Below are positions 1 to 10,085 of a stretch of 64,000 nucleotides of DNA, piece after piece; the first letter of the stretch is position 1; the number at the start of each line of letters is the position of its first letter. Under the pieces are notes generated by a model. The model was given only the letters and a program-made list of their open reading frames with translations, had not been told where the DNA came from and searched no databases. This DNA is from Synechococcales cyanobacterium SupBloom_Metag_052 (GTDB lineage: Bacteria; Cyanobacteriota; Cyanobacteriia; PCC-6307; Cyanobiaceae): NCBI GenBank assembly GCA_016463595.1, contig JAEMQZ010000002.1, forward strand, positions 588 through 64,587. The letters are read 5' to 3'. The position numbers and the translations under genes were made by a program.

Positions 1-1
1 C

Positions 2-1885
2 CTGGGTGAGCCCGTAGAGGCAGCGGTGATTGCCGTGCCGGCCTATTTCAACGACGCCCAACGCCAGGCCACCCGCGATGCCGGGCGCCTCGCTGGCATC
101 AGCGTCGAGCGGATCCTCAACGAACCCACTGCCGCAGCCCTGGCCTACGGCTTCGATCGCAGTGCCGTCAAACGGGTGTTGGTGTTCGACCTCGGTGGCG
201 GCACCTTCGATGTCTCGGTGTTGCGGATCGCCAATGGCGTCTTTGACGTCAAGGCCACCAGTGGCGACACCCAGCTAGGCGGCAACGATTGGGATCGACG
301 CATCGTTGATTGGCTGGCCGAAGCCTTTTTGGCCCAGCACCAAATCGATCTGCGCCGCGACCGCCAGGCCCTGCAACGGCTCACCGAGGCTGCTGAAAAG
401 GCCAAGCAGGAGCTCTCCGGTGTGCAAAGCACGCCAATTTCCCTACCGTTTATTTCCACCGCGGACGCCGGGCCGCTCCACATCGAAGCCACCCTGGAGC
501 GCCGCACCTTTGAAGGCCTCTGCGGCGACCTGCTCGATCGGCTGCTGCGGCCCGTGCAGCGGGCCCTGCGCGATTCCGGCCTGGCCGCTGAAGACATTGA
601 CGATGTGGTGCTTGTGGGCGGCAGCACCCGCATGCCGATGGTGCAAGCCATGGTGCGCACCCTGGTGCCCCTCGAGCCCTGCCAGTCGGTGAACCCCGAC
701 GAAGTGGTGGCGATCGGTGCAGCGGTGCAGGCCGGCATCCTCACGGGCGAATTGCGCGACCTGATGCTCAATGACGTCAGTCCCCTTTCGCTTGGCCTCG
801 AGACAATTGGCGGTGTGATGAAGGTGCTGATCGCGCGGAATACGCCGATCCCGGTGCGTAAATCCGATGTGTTTTCCACCTCGGAAGCCAATCAAAACTC
901 GGTGGAAATCCATGTGCTCCAGGGGGAGCGCCAGATGGCTGGTGACAACAAATCCCTGGGCCGTTTCCGCCTGTCGGGGATTCCGCCAGCGCCCCGGGGT
1001 GTGCCCCAGGTACAGGTGTCCTTTGATATTGATGCCAATGGCCTGCTGCAGGTGTCTGCCACCGACCGCACCACGGGTCGCCAACAGAGCGTCAGCATCC
1101 AGGGGGGGTCCAACCTCAGCGAAGAGGAGGTGCAGCGCCTGCTGGCGGAGGCCGAACAGAAGGCCACGGAAGATCGGCGCAAACGCAGCGAAATTGATCG
1201 ACGCAACCGGGCCCAAACCCTGGTAGCCCAGGCGGAACGGCGCTTGCGGGATGCGGCCCTGGAGTTGGGCCCCTACGGAGCCGACCGCCAACAACGGGCT
1301 GTGGAATTAGCGCTACGCCAGGTGCAGGAACTGATGACCGCTAGCGACCTGGCTGAACTGGAGGTGGCCGTGAGTGAGTTACAAGAGGCCCTCTATGGCC
1401 TCAATCGTCGCCTCACCAGTGAGCGCCGCACTGAGGCGGTCGGCCCCCTGCAGGGCCTTAAGAACACCCTCGGCTCGCTCAAAGATGAGTTGTTCGCCGA
1501 TGACGACTGGGATGACTGGGATCGGGGTGGCAATCGCCGCGGTCTGCAAGATCCCTGGCGGGATGGTTTGTCCCGGCAGGGATCTTGGGACCAGCCCAGC
1601 TGGGGCAGCAGTGGGGCCCTAGGCGGCGCTGCCGATGGAGGCTTCAGGGGCGATGGTCGGGATCGCTCCGAGCCCAGGCCGGATTGGAACCAGGACCGGG
1701 ATCGCGATCGCGCCTTTGATCGCCTGGACGATCGTTTCGGCAATCGCCAAGGGGATGGGTCCCAAGCGCGCTGGGAGCAACGGCGAGGCGAAGGCGGCGC
1801 CAATCCCTCCTATGGCCAACGACGCAGTGGGCCCATAACGGACCGATCCCGCCCGCTCCAGAACGATCCCTGGGCAGAGGACTGA
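2..1885 (+). CDS. dnaK: Hsp70 chaperone DnaK paralog. The 5' end is cut by the window edge. It carries a long W/D/R/G-rich C-terminal tail (DnaK3-like).
   Basis: The frame is open from nt 2 ([28 protein letters not shown]). Hsp70 signatures [12 protein letters not shown] and [12 protein letters not shown] are present, followed by a substrate-binding domain. A J-protein gene starts 5 nt after the stop. Confidence 0.93.
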   Translation: MGEPVEAAVIAVPAYFNDAQRQATRDAGRLAGISVERILNEPTAAALAYGFDRSAVKRVLVFDLGGGTFDVSVLRIANGVFDVKATSGDTQLGGNDWDRRIVDWLAEAFLAQHQIDLRRDRQALQRLTEAAEKAKQELSGVQSTPISLPFISTADAGPLHIEATLERRTFEGLCGDLLDRLLRPVQRALRDSGLAAEDIDDVVLVGGSTRMPMVQAMVRTLVPLEPCQSVNPDEVVAIGAAVQAGILTGELRDLMLNDVSPLSLGLETIGGVMKVLIARNTPIPVRKSDVFSTSEANQNSVEIHVLQGERQMAGDNKSLGRFRLSGIPPAPRGVPQVQVSFDIDANGLLQVSATDRTTGRQQSVSIQGGSNLSEEEVQRLLAEAEQKATEDRRKRSEIDRRNRAQTLVAQAERRLRDAALELGPYGADRQQRAVELALRQVQELMTASDLAELEVAVSELQEALYGLNRRLTSERRTEAVGPLQGLKNTLGSLKDELFADDDWDDWDRGGNRRGLQDPWRDGLSRQGSWDQPSWGSSGALGGAADGGFRGDGRDRSEPRPDWNQDRDRDRAFDRLDDRFGNRQGDGSQARWEQRRGEGGANPSYGQRRSGPITDRSRPLQNDPWAED

Positions 1886-1890
1886 GGCCC

Positions 1891-2844
1891 GTGCTGGATA
1901 CCCCGCCCCAGACCCCCGATCTCTGGGCCGTGCTGGGCCTGGAGCCCGGCGATGATGCCGCCAGCTTGAAGCGGGCCTTCCGCCAGCAGGCCCGTCTCTG
2001 GCACCCGGATCTCAACGGCAACGACCCGGTAGCCGAGGAGCGTTTCAAGGCGGTGAATGCCGCCTACGCGATCCTCAGCGACCCCAACCGGCGCCAGGCC
2101 TGGGAACGGGGCCAGGGGGGCAGCGCCGGGCCGCCTCCCGATCGCTTTGCCAGCGGCTTTCCAGACTTCAACGACTACCTCGATGCCTTACTCGGACGCC
2201 GCCAGGCGCGAACAGGGCCTGGGGAAGGGTTCGATCGGCCAGAACCAGAGGCTTGGGCCGATCCCCAGGCGCAGGATCCAGCGCCCGCAGCGGCAGGTCC
2301 GGGCTGGGGGGTGGCGCCCTCACCACGCCCGCCAGCTCCGGTCGTGGCCAGTGTCGATGCGGAAACGGTGGTGGACCTCACGCCAGAGCAGGCCCTCAGC
2401 GGTGATCGCATTGAACTGGAACTGGCCGATGGCACAGTTGTGGAAACCTGGACGCCACCCCTCGCTGGCGATGGCTGGCGCCTGCGCCTGGCCGGGGTTG
2501 TGGCTGGCGGCGGCGACCACTTTTTGCACCTGCGGGTGCGCACCGAGGAGGGCCTGCGCATCGATGGCCTACGGGTGCTGTTTCAGTTGGACCTGGCCCC
2601 TGCCGATGCCGTGTTGGGCTGCCGGGTGGCGGTACCAACCCTGGAGGGAGCGGTTCAACTGCGGGTGCCGGCGGGTTCCTCCAGTGGTCGGTTGTTGCGC
2701 TTACGGGGACGGGGGCTCGAATGGGGGAGCCAACGGGGTGACCAGTTGGTGGAGATCCGGGTCGTGGTGCCCGAGGAGCTCACTGAGGCGGAGGAAGCCC
2801 TCTATCGCCGCCTGCAACAGCTCGCCAGCGAAGCGGACGACTGA
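1891..2844 (+). CDS. dnaJ: DnaJ-like co-chaperone with a J domain and DnaJ C-terminal domain, with no Cys-rich zinc-finger region seen
   Basis: GTG start. J domain DLWAVLGLEPGDDAASLKRAFRQQARLWHPDLNG with HPD. The C-terminal beta-rich region (VAVPTLEGAVQLRVPAGSSSGRLLRLRGRG) is typical of DnaJ_C. No CxxCxGxG repeats. Confidence 0.85.
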   Translation: MLDTPPQTPDLWAVLGLEPGDDAASLKRAFRQQARLWHPDLNGNDPVAEERFKAVNAAYAILSDPNRRQAWERGQGGSAGPPPDRFASGFPDFNDYLDALLGRRQARTGPGEGFDRPEPEAWADPQAQDPAPAAAGPGWGVAPSPRPPAPVVASVDAETVVDLTPEQALSGDRIELELADGTVVETWTPPLAGDGWRLRLAGVVAGGGDHFLHLRVRTEEGLRIDGLRVLFQLDLAPADAVLGCRVAVPTLEGAVQLRVPAGSSSGRLLRLRGRGLEWGSQRGDQLVEIRVVVPEELTEAEEALYRRLQQLASEADD

Positions 2845-2901
2845 GCGAGGTTTGCACGGGCTGGTGAGACACTGAGGCCTGAGCCGCAAGACCAGCCTTC
2901 C

Positions 2902-3327
2902 ATGCCCGTGCACGTGCTGCTCTTTGATGCGGGCAGCGACGCCGAAGGTATCCATTCCCTGGAGGTGAACGGCAGCACCAAGGTGTTGCTGTTCGAAGAC
3001 CCCGATGACGCCGAGCGCTACGCCGGCTTGCTCGAAGCCCAGGATTTCCCGATGCCGAGCGTCGAGGCGATTGATCGCGATGAAATCGAACTGTTTTGTA
3101 CCCAGGCCGGCTATCAGGCCCAATTTGTGCCGGCGGGCTTCCTACCCCAGTCCGCCGAAGACCGGCTGTTGATTTCTCCACCGGAGCTCAACATGGACGT
3201 CGCTAATTGGAAGGAGGAGCTCCAGGAGCAGTCGGAGGCAGGCTTGGCAGGGGCTGAACCCGATGAACTCAGCGGCGCCAACGCCGAACTCGAAGCCTTC
3301 AGGCGCCGCCTGGAGGGTCTGCTGTGA
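2902..3327 (+). CDS. Conserved cyanobacterial/plastid-lineage protein of unknown function (DUF3110-like, family assignment from memory)
   Basis: 141-aa acidic ORF (MPVHVLLFDAGSDAEGIHSLEVNG...) with GC-rich third positions. Its stop overlaps the murQ start (GTGA). Confidence 0.5.
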   Translation: MPVHVLLFDAGSDAEGIHSLEVNGSTKVLLFEDPDDAERYAGLLEAQDFPMPSVEAIDRDEIELFCTQAGYQAQFVPAGFLPQSAEDRLLISPPELNMDVANWKEELQEQSEAGLAGAEPDELSGANAELEAFRRRLEGLL

Positions 3328-4259
3328 TCGGCCTGGGCCAGCCGTTCCAGGGCCAGGACCGGGGCCACCTGCTCACCGAGCAGGCCCATCCCTTCAGCAG
3401 CGAGCTCGACCAGCTCTCCACCGCCCAGTTGGTGCAGCTCTTTTGCGAAGAAGACCGCCGGCCCCAGGAGGCCGTGGCGGCTGCGGCTCCGGCCCTCGCT
3501 GCGGCGATCGATGCCATTGCCACACGGCTCGCCCAGGGCGGTCGGCTGTTTTATCTGGGGGCCGGCACCTCCGGCCGCCTGGGGGTGCTGGATGCGGCCG
3601 AATGCCCGCCCACCTTCTGCTCGCCGCCCGAGTTGGTGCAGGGGGTGCTAGCTGGCGGGGCGGCGGCGCTGCTGCGCAGCTCCGAAGGTCTGGAAGACCT
3701 TGAGGAGGCTGGCCAGGCCGATCTCGAAGCCCGGGGTTTTAGCGCCGCCGATGTGCTCGTCGGCATCGCCGCCGGTGGCACCACCCCCTATGTCCATGGC
3801 GGCCTGCGCCATGCCCGCAGCCTGGGAGCCCTGGCCATTGCCCTGGCCTGTGTGCCCGCAGACCAGGTGCCCATGCCTGCAGACCTGGAGATACGCCTGA
3901 TCACGGGACCTGAGTTACTCACCGGCTCCACCCGACTGAAGGCCGGTACGGCCACCAAGATGGCCCTCAATATCCTTTCGACCGGGGTGATGGTGCGCCT
4001 GGGCAAGGTCTATGGCAACCGCATGGTTGATGTGGCGGTGACCAATAGCAAATTGGAGGACCGGGCCCTACGAATCCTGGCGGACCTCGCTGGTGTCGAT
4101 CGGACCAGGGGGGCAGACCTACTGGCTGAAACCGGGGGCTCGGTGAAGCTGGCCTTGCTGATGGCCAAGGCAGGGATCTCTGCCGCCGCGGCCAGGGCCA
4201 GCCTTAGGGAGCATGGCCAGTCGCTGCGGGCTGCCTTGCTGGCCCAGGGGGCCCGCTAG
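3324..4259 (+). CDS. murQ: N-acetylmuramic acid 6-phosphate etherase
   Basis: SIS-domain motifs LFYLGAGTSGRLGVLDAAECPPTF and LITGPELLTGSTRLKAGTATKMALN. 311 aa. Confidence 0.88.
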   Translation: MIGLGQPFQGQDRGHLLTEQAHPFSSELDQLSTAQLVQLFCEEDRRPQEAVAAAAPALAAAIDAIATRLAQGGRLFYLGAGTSGRLGVLDAAECPPTFCSPPELVQGVLAGGAAALLRSSEGLEDLEEAGQADLEARGFSAADVLVGIAAGGTTPYVHGGLRHARSLGALAIALACVPADQVPMPADLEIRLITGPELLTGSTRLKAGTATKMALNILSTGVMVRLGKVYGNRMVDVAVTNSKLEDRALRILADLAGVDRTRGADLLAETGGSVKLALLMAKAGISAAAARASLREHGQSLRAALLAQGAR

Positions 4260-4279
4260 TTGCCTAGGGCCTGAAGGTC

Positions 4280-5203
4280 TCAGGCTGCTCCGTTCTGCCA
4301 GGTTCCCCAGTAGGGGGCCGTGAACAGATCCAGGCGGCGGCGGGTTTCCGCTGGCACGAAGTCTTTGGGGGTCATCAGCGCATGTTGCAAGGCCGTGTGG
4401 GCGGGGCTGGTGGGGCGCGTTTGGGCAATCTGTTCGCTGGCCCTGGCCAGGATCGCCTGGGCCAGCTGGGCATTGGCCTGCAGATTGGCGATCACCAGCT
4501 CAACGGTGACGCTGTCATGGTCCTGGTGCCAACAGTCGTAGTCCGTGGCCATGGCCAAGGTGGCGTAGGCAATCTCGGCCTCCCGGGCTAAACGCGCTTC
4601 GGTGTGGTTCGTCATGCCGATCACGCTGCAGTCCCAGCTGCGATAAAGATTCGATTCGGCCCGGCTGGAGAAGGCCGGCCCCTCCATGCAGAGGTAGGTG
4701 CCGCCGCGGTGCAGTTGGCGGCCATTCGGCATCAAGCCTTCGGCGGTGCGGGCCAGCAGCTCGCTGAGCTCAGCACAGAAGGGATCGGCGAAGCTGACAT
4801 GGGCTACGGCTCCCTGGCCGAAGAAGCTGATCGGCCGTTGGTGGGTGCGGTCAATGAATTGGTCGGGCACGACCATGTCCAGGGGACGCACCTCCTCGCG
4901 CAGCGAGCCGACGGCGGAACAGGAGAGGATCCAGCGCACGCCTAGGGAGCGCAGGGCCCAGATGTTGGCCCGATAGGGCACTTCCGTGGGCAGATAGGTG
5001 TGGTGCCGGCCATGGCGGGCCAGGAACACCACCTCCATCCCCCCAAGGCGGCCGAGGCGCAGGGCATCGGAGGCTGACCCGAAGGGAGTGTCCACCACCA
5101 GCTCCTCCACCACCTCCAGGCCTTCCATGGCATAGAGGCCACTGCCACCGAGTACGCCCAGACGGGCAACGCTGAGGTCGGGGCCGGGGGAGGGACTGGT
5201 CAC
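4280..5203 (-). CDS. mtnP: S-methyl-5'-thioadenosine phosphorylase (PNP/MTAP family)
   Basis: Motifs [30 protein letters not shown] and [30 protein letters not shown]. Confidence 0.85.
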   Translation of the reverse strand: MTSPSPGPDLSVARLGVLGGSGLYAMEGLEVVEELVVDTPFGSASDALRLGRLGGMEVVFLARHGRHHTYLPTEVPYRANIWALRSLGVRWILSCSAVGSLREEVRPLDMVVPDQFIDRTHQRPISFFGQGAVAHVSFADPFCAELSELLARTAEGLMPNGRQLHRGGTYLCMEGPAFSSRAESNLYRSWDCSVIGMTNHTEARLAREAEIAYATLAMATDYDCWHQDHDSVTVELVIANLQANAQLAQAILARASEQIAQTRPTSPAHTALQHALMTPKDFVPAETRRRLDLFTAPYWGTWQNGAA

Positions 5204-5283
5204 GCGGTAAGTCTGCTGCGGCTGCTCCGTTCTACCGAACCGCTGCAGGGTCGCTGGCCCTCAGGCGTAAAGCCCATACTGGT

Positions 5284-5742
5284 GTGGTTTGCAGAGCATC
5301 CGTGATCAAGGCCCTGATGGAGACCGAGGCAGGCACCCTCGAGATCGACTTGTTCGATGCCGATGCCCCAGCCACCGTGGCCAATTTCGTCAAGTTGGCC
5401 CAGGAGGGCTTCTACGACGGCCTGGCTTTTCACCGTGTCATCGATGGCTTCATGGCCCAGGGCGGTTGCCCCAACAGCCGCGAAGGCGCCAAGGGCACGG
5501 CCGGCACTGGCGGTCCTGGCTACATGATTCCCTGCGAAATCAACAGCCGTAAACATCAAGACGGCACCCTCTCCATGGCCCATGCCGGTAAGAACACCGG
5601 TGGTAGCCAGTTCTTCCTGTGCCATGCCGCCCAGCCCCACCTCGATGGGGTCCACACTGTTTTCGGTCAGGCCACCAATATTGATGTGGTGTTGGCGATT
5701 CGCAAGCAAACCCGGATCACCAAGCTGTCCATCCTGCCCTGA
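5284..5742 (+). CDS. Cyclophilin-type peptidyl-prolyl cis-trans isomerase (start may be GTG 5302 or ATG 5317)
   Basis: Motifs [13 protein letters not shown] and [18 protein letters not shown]...[10 protein letters not shown]. Confidence 0.9.
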   Translation: MVCRASVIKALMETEAGTLEIDLFDADAPATVANFVKLAQEGFYDGLAFHRVIDGFMAQGGCPNSREGAKGTAGTGGPGYMIPCEINSRKHQDGTLSMAHAGKNTGGSQFFLCHAAQPHLDGVHTVFGQATNIDVVLAIRKQTRITKLSILP

Positions 5743-5767
5743 TCGTCATCAGGCTTGGCCCCCTCAA

Positions 5768-7669
5768 CTAGCACCAGCGGGTCAGGCCCGACTGCTGCTG
5801 GGGCAGCAGCTCAAGGGCGGAGCCCAGTTCCTGTAGGGGCCGGCGTTCCGCTTCAATTGACACGCTCGGATGGGTGCTGCGCTGGGCATCGGGGGCTAAA
5901 AGGAGACAGACCGATTGGGTCCCAGGCCATTGGGCCATGCGAGTCAGGCCTGCCTTGAGAATCTCTGGGCTCGACCCAGTTACCAGCACGGCGAGCGATG
6001 GGCGATCGAGAAGTGCCAGCAGACGGGGATGGTCCTCCCGTTGCAGGTCCAGCTGATGCTTGGCAGCCCAGTGCTGGAGATCCTGCCAATGGCTGGTCAA
6101 GATCCTTTCCCAGGCAGCGCTCTGCCATTCACCATCCATCGGATCAGGATCCGCGCTGGCCTTGATGGAGGGATCTGGGCCTGCGTCCGCTCCGCCGAAG
6201 GAGCCATTGGCGGCGTCCTTCGCCCTCATGTTGGCCAGGGCCTTGGGCAGCCCTTGCCAAGCCAGTACCGCCGCCGGACCTGCTGTTGGTGTGGCGGCGC
6301 CGCCCAATAGGTGCCCCAGTTTGTCCTGCTTGGTTTGTAGGTAGCCGGCATTGTGCACCCCAGGGTCCATCACCAGGGGCACCCGATCTTCCACCTGCAG
6401 GCCATAACCGCCAAGACCGGCAATTTTGCGCGGGTTATTCGTGATCAGCCTTAGGTGATGAACTCCTAGGTCGCTGAGGATCTGGGCGCCAACGCCGTAA
6501 TTGCGAAGGTCGGCGGCAAATCCGAGGCGTTCATTGGCTTCCACCGTGTCCAATCCGCCATCCTGGAGGCTGTAGGCACGCAATTTATTGATTAGGCCGA
6601 TGCCGCGACCCTCCTGGCGCAGGTATACCACCACCCCTTCGCCCGCTGCCTCGATCATCGCCAGGGCCGCTTCCAACTGGGGGCGGCAATCGCAGCGCAG
6701 GGAACCAAAGGCGTCGCCGGTTAGGCATTCCGAATGCACCCTCACCAGCACCGGCCCGGTGGCCCGTTCCGGCTGGCCCTTAACGATGGCGATGTGTTCG
6801 CTGCCATCAAGGTCATTGCGATAGCCGATCGCCCGGAACTGGCCAAAGGCACTGGGCAACTGGGCTTCGGCCTGGCGTAGGACGAACCGTTCGGTGTCGA
6901 GCCGGTAGCTGATTAGGTCGGCAATGTTGATGAGACGTAGCCCGTGGTGCTGGGCGTAGTCGACCAATTGGGGTAGGCGCGCCATCGAGCCGTCGCCGTT
7001 CTGGATTTCACAGATCACCCCTGCCGGATAGAGCCCGGACAGCCGGGCTAGGTCCACGGCGGCCTCGGTGTGGCCCGCCCGCTTCAGCACCCCCCCTTGG
7101 CGGGCCCTCAGCGGAAAGATGTGGCCAGGCCGGCGCAGGTCAGCGGCCCGGGTGGAGGGGTGGATGGCCACCTGGATCGTGCGGGCCCGGTCGTCGGCGG
7201 AAATACCTGTGCTGACGCCGTTTTCTGGCCCTGCATCAACGCTAACCGTGAAGGCTGTCTGGTTTTCATCGGTGTTGTGATCCACCATCAGGGGCAGCTC
7301 GAGGGCATCGAGTCGATCACCCTCCATGGCCAGGCAAATCAGCCCCCGGGCCTCGGTGGCCATGAAATTGATTTGCTCGGGGGTGGCGAATTGGGCCGCG
7401 CAGATTAAATCCCCCTCGTTTTCTCGGTTTTCGTCATCAACTACCACCACCATCTCGCCATTGCGGATCGCGGCCAGGGCATCGGCGATGGCATCAAAGC
7501 GAATGCGACTTGCCCCGTCCGGGGGCGCCGTTTGGGCCGGTTGCTCGCTGGCGAAGGACCTATTGCTAGCGGCTAGCTGATCGCTAGCCGGTTGGTTGGT
7601 AGACACCGACTGGCCTGGGGAAGGTGGATGGATTTGGGAAGGCAAGGACGGCCACGGGCCAGATATCAA
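5768..7669 (-). CDS. ribBA: Bifunctional 3,4-dihydroxy-2-butanone-4-phosphate synthase / GTP cyclohydrolase II with N- and C-terminal extensions
   Basis: DHBP synthase region [18 protein letters not shown] cyclohydrolase II region [23 protein letters not shown] and [17 protein letters not shown]. At 633 aa the ORF is far longer than the two catalytic domains need. The start is uncertain. Confidence 0.9.
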   Translation of the reverse strand: MISGPWPSLPSQIHPPSPGQSVSTNQPASDQLAASNRSFASEQPAQTAPPDGASRIRFDAIADALAAIRNGEMVVVVDDENRENEGDLICAAQFATPEQINFMATEARGLICLAMEGDRLDALELPLMVDHNTDENQTAFTVSVDAGPENGVSTGISADDRARTIQVAIHPSTRAADLRRPGHIFPLRARQGGVLKRAGHTEAAVDLARLSGLYPAGVICEIQNGDGSMARLPQLVDYAQHHGLRLINIADLISYRLDTERFVLRQAEAQLPSAFGQFRAIGYRNDLDGSEHIAIVKGQPERATGPVLVRVHSECLTGDAFGSLRCDCRPQLEAALAMIEAAGEGVVVYLRQEGRGIGLINKLRAYSLQDGGLDTVEANERLGFAADLRNYGVGAQILSDLGVHHLRLITNNPRKIAGLGGYGLQVEDRVPLVMDPGVHNAGYLQTKQDKLGHLLGGAATPTAGPAAVLAWQGLPKALANMRAKDAANGSFGGADAGPDPSIKASADPDPMDGEWQSAAWERILTSHWQDLQHWAAKHQLDLQREDHPRLLALLDRPSLAVLVTGSSPEILKAGLTRMAQWPGTQSVCLLLAPDAQRSTHPSVSIEAERRPLQELGSALELLPQQQSGLTRWC

Positions 7670-7713
7670 CGGTTATAGATCCCGGTACGATCTGGCGTTA
7701 CCGAGCTTGCGGC

Positions 7714-8823
7714 ATGGCCTCTCCGTCTCCCGACCATCCTCCCCAGGTGGCGGATCGTCAGGATGGGCGGCGCGTCGCCGTGATCGGCGCCAGTGGCTAT
7801 GGCGGCCTGCAGACCCTGCGGCTGCTGCAGGACCATCCCAGCCTGAGCGTCACCTATCTAGGTGGGGAGCGCAGTTCCGGCAAACGCTGGAGCGAGCTGG
7901 TGCCTTTCCTGCCCCTGCCAGGCGATCCCATGGTGGAGAGCCCGGATGCGGCGGCGATCGCTGCGGTCGCCGATTTGGCCGTGCTCAGCCTGCCGAGTGG
8001 CCTGGCCTCCACCCTCGTCCCCGGCCTGCTGGAGCGGGGCGTCAAGGTGGTGGATCTCTCCGCCGACTACCGCTACCGCTCCCTGGCCCAGTGGCAGGAG
8101 GTGTATGGCAGCGAGGCCCGGGCCTTCCCGCGCAGCGACGCTGCCCTCTGCCAGGAGGCGGTCTATGGCCTGGTGGAGTGGGAGGCGGAACGCATTGCCA
8201 CGGCGCGGTTGGTGGCGGCGCCCGGCTGCTTCCCGACCGCCAGCCTGCTGGCCCTGCTTCCGTTCTTGCAACAAGGACTGATTGAGGCCAGCGGCATCGT
8301 CATCGATGCAAAAACGGGCACCAGTGGCGGTGGCCGCGCCGCCAAGCAGCACCTGCTCTTAGCCGAAGCCTCCGAGGCTGTCGCCCCCTACGGAGTGGTG
8401 GGCCATCGCCACACCAGTGAGATCGAGCAGCTGGCGGGCCAGGCGGCGGGCCAGCCGATCCAGCTCCAGTTCACACCCCACTTGATGCCGATGGTGCGCG
8501 GCCTGCTGGCCACCGTCTACGGCCGCCTGCGCGATCCAGGCCTCACCGCCGAAGATTGCACCACCGTGCTCGAGGCGGCCTACCGCCAGGCCCCCTGCGT
8601 GTCGGTGTTGCCCGTGGGCACCTACCCCTCGACGAAGTGGGTGCGCCAGACGAACCGGGCCCTGCTTGGCGTGCAAGTGGACCCGCGCACCGGCCAGCTG
8701 GTGGTGATGAGTGCCATCGACAACCTGATCAAGGGCCAGGCAGGCCAGGGCGTGCAATGCCTCAACCTTTTGGCCGGCCTGCCCGCCACCACGGGCTTGC
8801 CCCTGCTGCCGTTCTATCCCTGA
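7714..8823 (+). CDS. argC: N-acetyl-gamma-glutamyl-phosphate reductase
   Basis: Motifs VAVIGASGYGG, active-site APGCFPTA and DNLIKGQAG. I chose ATG 7714 rather than the ORF opening at 7624, which would overlap ribBA. Confidence 0.9.
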   Translation: MASPSPDHPPQVADRQDGRRVAVIGASGYGGLQTLRLLQDHPSLSVTYLGGERSSGKRWSELVPFLPLPGDPMVESPDAAAIAAVADLAVLSLPSGLASTLVPGLLERGVKVVDLSADYRYRSLAQWQEVYGSEARAFPRSDAALCQEAVYGLVEWEAERIATARLVAAPGCFPTASLLALLPFLQQGLIEASGIVIDAKTGTSGGGRAAKQHLLLAEASEAVAPYGVVGHRHTSEIEQLAGQAAGQPIQLQFTPHLMPMVRGLLATVYGRLRDPGLTAEDCTTVLEAAYRQAPCVSVLPVGTYPSTKWVRQTNRALLGVQVDPRTGQLVVMSAIDNLIKGQAGQGVQCLNLLAGLPATTGLPLLPFYP

Positions 8824-8852
8824 GGCCGCTCGGGTGGGGCCAGGCCAGGTCC

Positions 8853-9635
8853 CTAGGGCTGGCTATGCAGTAGGCCCAACCGTTCGGCCGCCAGGCCCAC
8901 GGCCAGGGGCAGGATCCGATGTTCCTGGGCTTGAATTCGGCGGGCCAGGGTTGCGTGGTTGTCGCCCGGGACCACGGGTACGGCCGCCTGGGCGAGGATC
9001 CGCCCCGCATCCACCTCCTCGCTCACCAGATGGGCCGTGCAGCCGCTGAGACGCACCCCCGCTGCCAGGGCCTGGCCGATCGCATCGACACCACGAAAAC
9101 TGGGCAACAGGGACGGGTGGATGTTCACCAGCCGCTCCGGGTAGGCCCTGATCAGGCGGCTGGTCACAATCCTCATCCAGCCGGCCATCACCACCAGATC
9201 CACGCCAACTGCTTGGAAGTGGTCCACTAGGGCGCCATCGAGGCTGTCGCGGCTGGCGAAGCTGCGGTGGTTCAGGCAGGTGACACCAATGCCCAGCCGT
9301 TCGGCCCGTTGGCTGGCGCCACAGCCCGGGTTATTCACCACCAGGCTGACCACCTGGGCCGGCAGCAGCTGGCGGGCGCCTGCCTCCACTAGGGCCTCGA
9401 AATTGCTGCCATTGCCGGAGGCCATCACCCCTAGGCGCAGGGGTCGCCCAGGCTCCGTGGGACCTGTTTCAGCCCCAGAGCAGGCGCCAGCGCTAACCCC
9501 GCCATCGCAGCCGCCCCCCGATTCAGCCAGGAGCCACCCGGCCGGTGGCAACGGCCACTGGAGTGCCCCGTCAACATCGCTAGGGTCGGAAAAAGCGGGC
9601 ATCCCGTCCATGTCCCATCTCTCCATCCTGCCCAC
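8853..9635 (-). CDS. purN: Phosphoribosylglycinamide formyltransferase (start uncertain; the ORF carries about 65 extra N-terminal codons)
   Basis: Motifs GVMASGNGSNFEAL, LVVMAGWMRI and NIHPSLLPSFRG. Confidence 0.85.
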   Translation of the reverse strand: MGRMERWDMDGMPAFSDPSDVDGALQWPLPPAGWLLAESGGGCDGGVSAGACSGAETGPTEPGRPLRLGVMASGNGSNFEALVEAGARQLLPAQVVSLVVNNPGCGASQRAERLGIGVTCLNHRSFASRDSLDGALVDHFQAVGVDLVVMAGWMRIVTSRLIRAYPERLVNIHPSLLPSFRGVDAIGQALAAGVRLSGCTAHLVSEEVDAGRILAQAAVPVVPGDNHATLARRIQAQEHRILPLAVGLAAERLGLLHSQP

Positions 9636-10077
9636 GCTGCTGCGCGACGTGGACCTGCTCGCCGATGTCCTCTCCGACCTGGGTCAGCAGGTTCATCGCG
9701 GCGGAGCCGTGGAGGGCTTTGCTGGCGAACGGGTGCCGGTGCTGCTGCGATTGGACCTGGCAGGGGGCCCGCAGCGGGCCAACCAGGCCAAGCTGAACGC
9801 CCGTAAGCCCCCCCAATCGACCAGCTTCAGCCTCGGCTGGGCGCGCCAACTGGATGGCTGCCTGGCCCTAGTGGGGGACCTGGGCCGCATCGCCGCCGCA
9901 AGCCCCCTGCAGGAGCTGTTAAGCCAGATCAGCCATCGCTACGCCTTGCGCCAGGCCCTGCAAGCTGCCGCGAGCAGCGGCTTTGCCGGAGCCAAGTTGA
10001 CCTTGGAAGGGCCTGTCCGTACCGGTTCAAGCGAGCCCCTGGCCGCTTCCCTGCCAAAGCCCCAGCTCCGCTCCTGA
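9610..10077 (+). CDS. ycf35: Ycf35-like protein (DUF1257)
   Basis: ATG at 9610 gives MSHLSILPTLLRDVDLLADVLSDLG, which resembles Ycf35 N-termini. The rest of the 9280 ORF upstream overlaps purN on the opposite strand. Confidence 0.6.
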   Translation: MSHLSILPTLLRDVDLLADVLSDLGQQVHRGGAVEGFAGERVPVLLRLDLAGGPQRANQAKLNARKPPQSTSFSLGWARQLDGCLALVGDLGRIAAASPLQELLSQISHRYALRQALQAAASSGFAGAKLTLEGPVRTGSSEPLAASLPKPQLRS

Positions 10078-10085
10078 GCCAACGC

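Noticed and set aside
7624-7713. Upstream extensions of ORFs as given in the track (argC from 7624, SpoIID from 39822, DUF1995-like from 18703, ycf35 from 9280, DUF2237 from 37570, gpsA from 38063, coaD from 23302, rpmG from 51931, TPM from 59937, sigma from 42036).
   Set aside because: The extensions overlap neighbouring genes or lack similarity to the family N-termini. Internal ATG/GTG codons placed just after the neighbour's stop give canonical N-termini.
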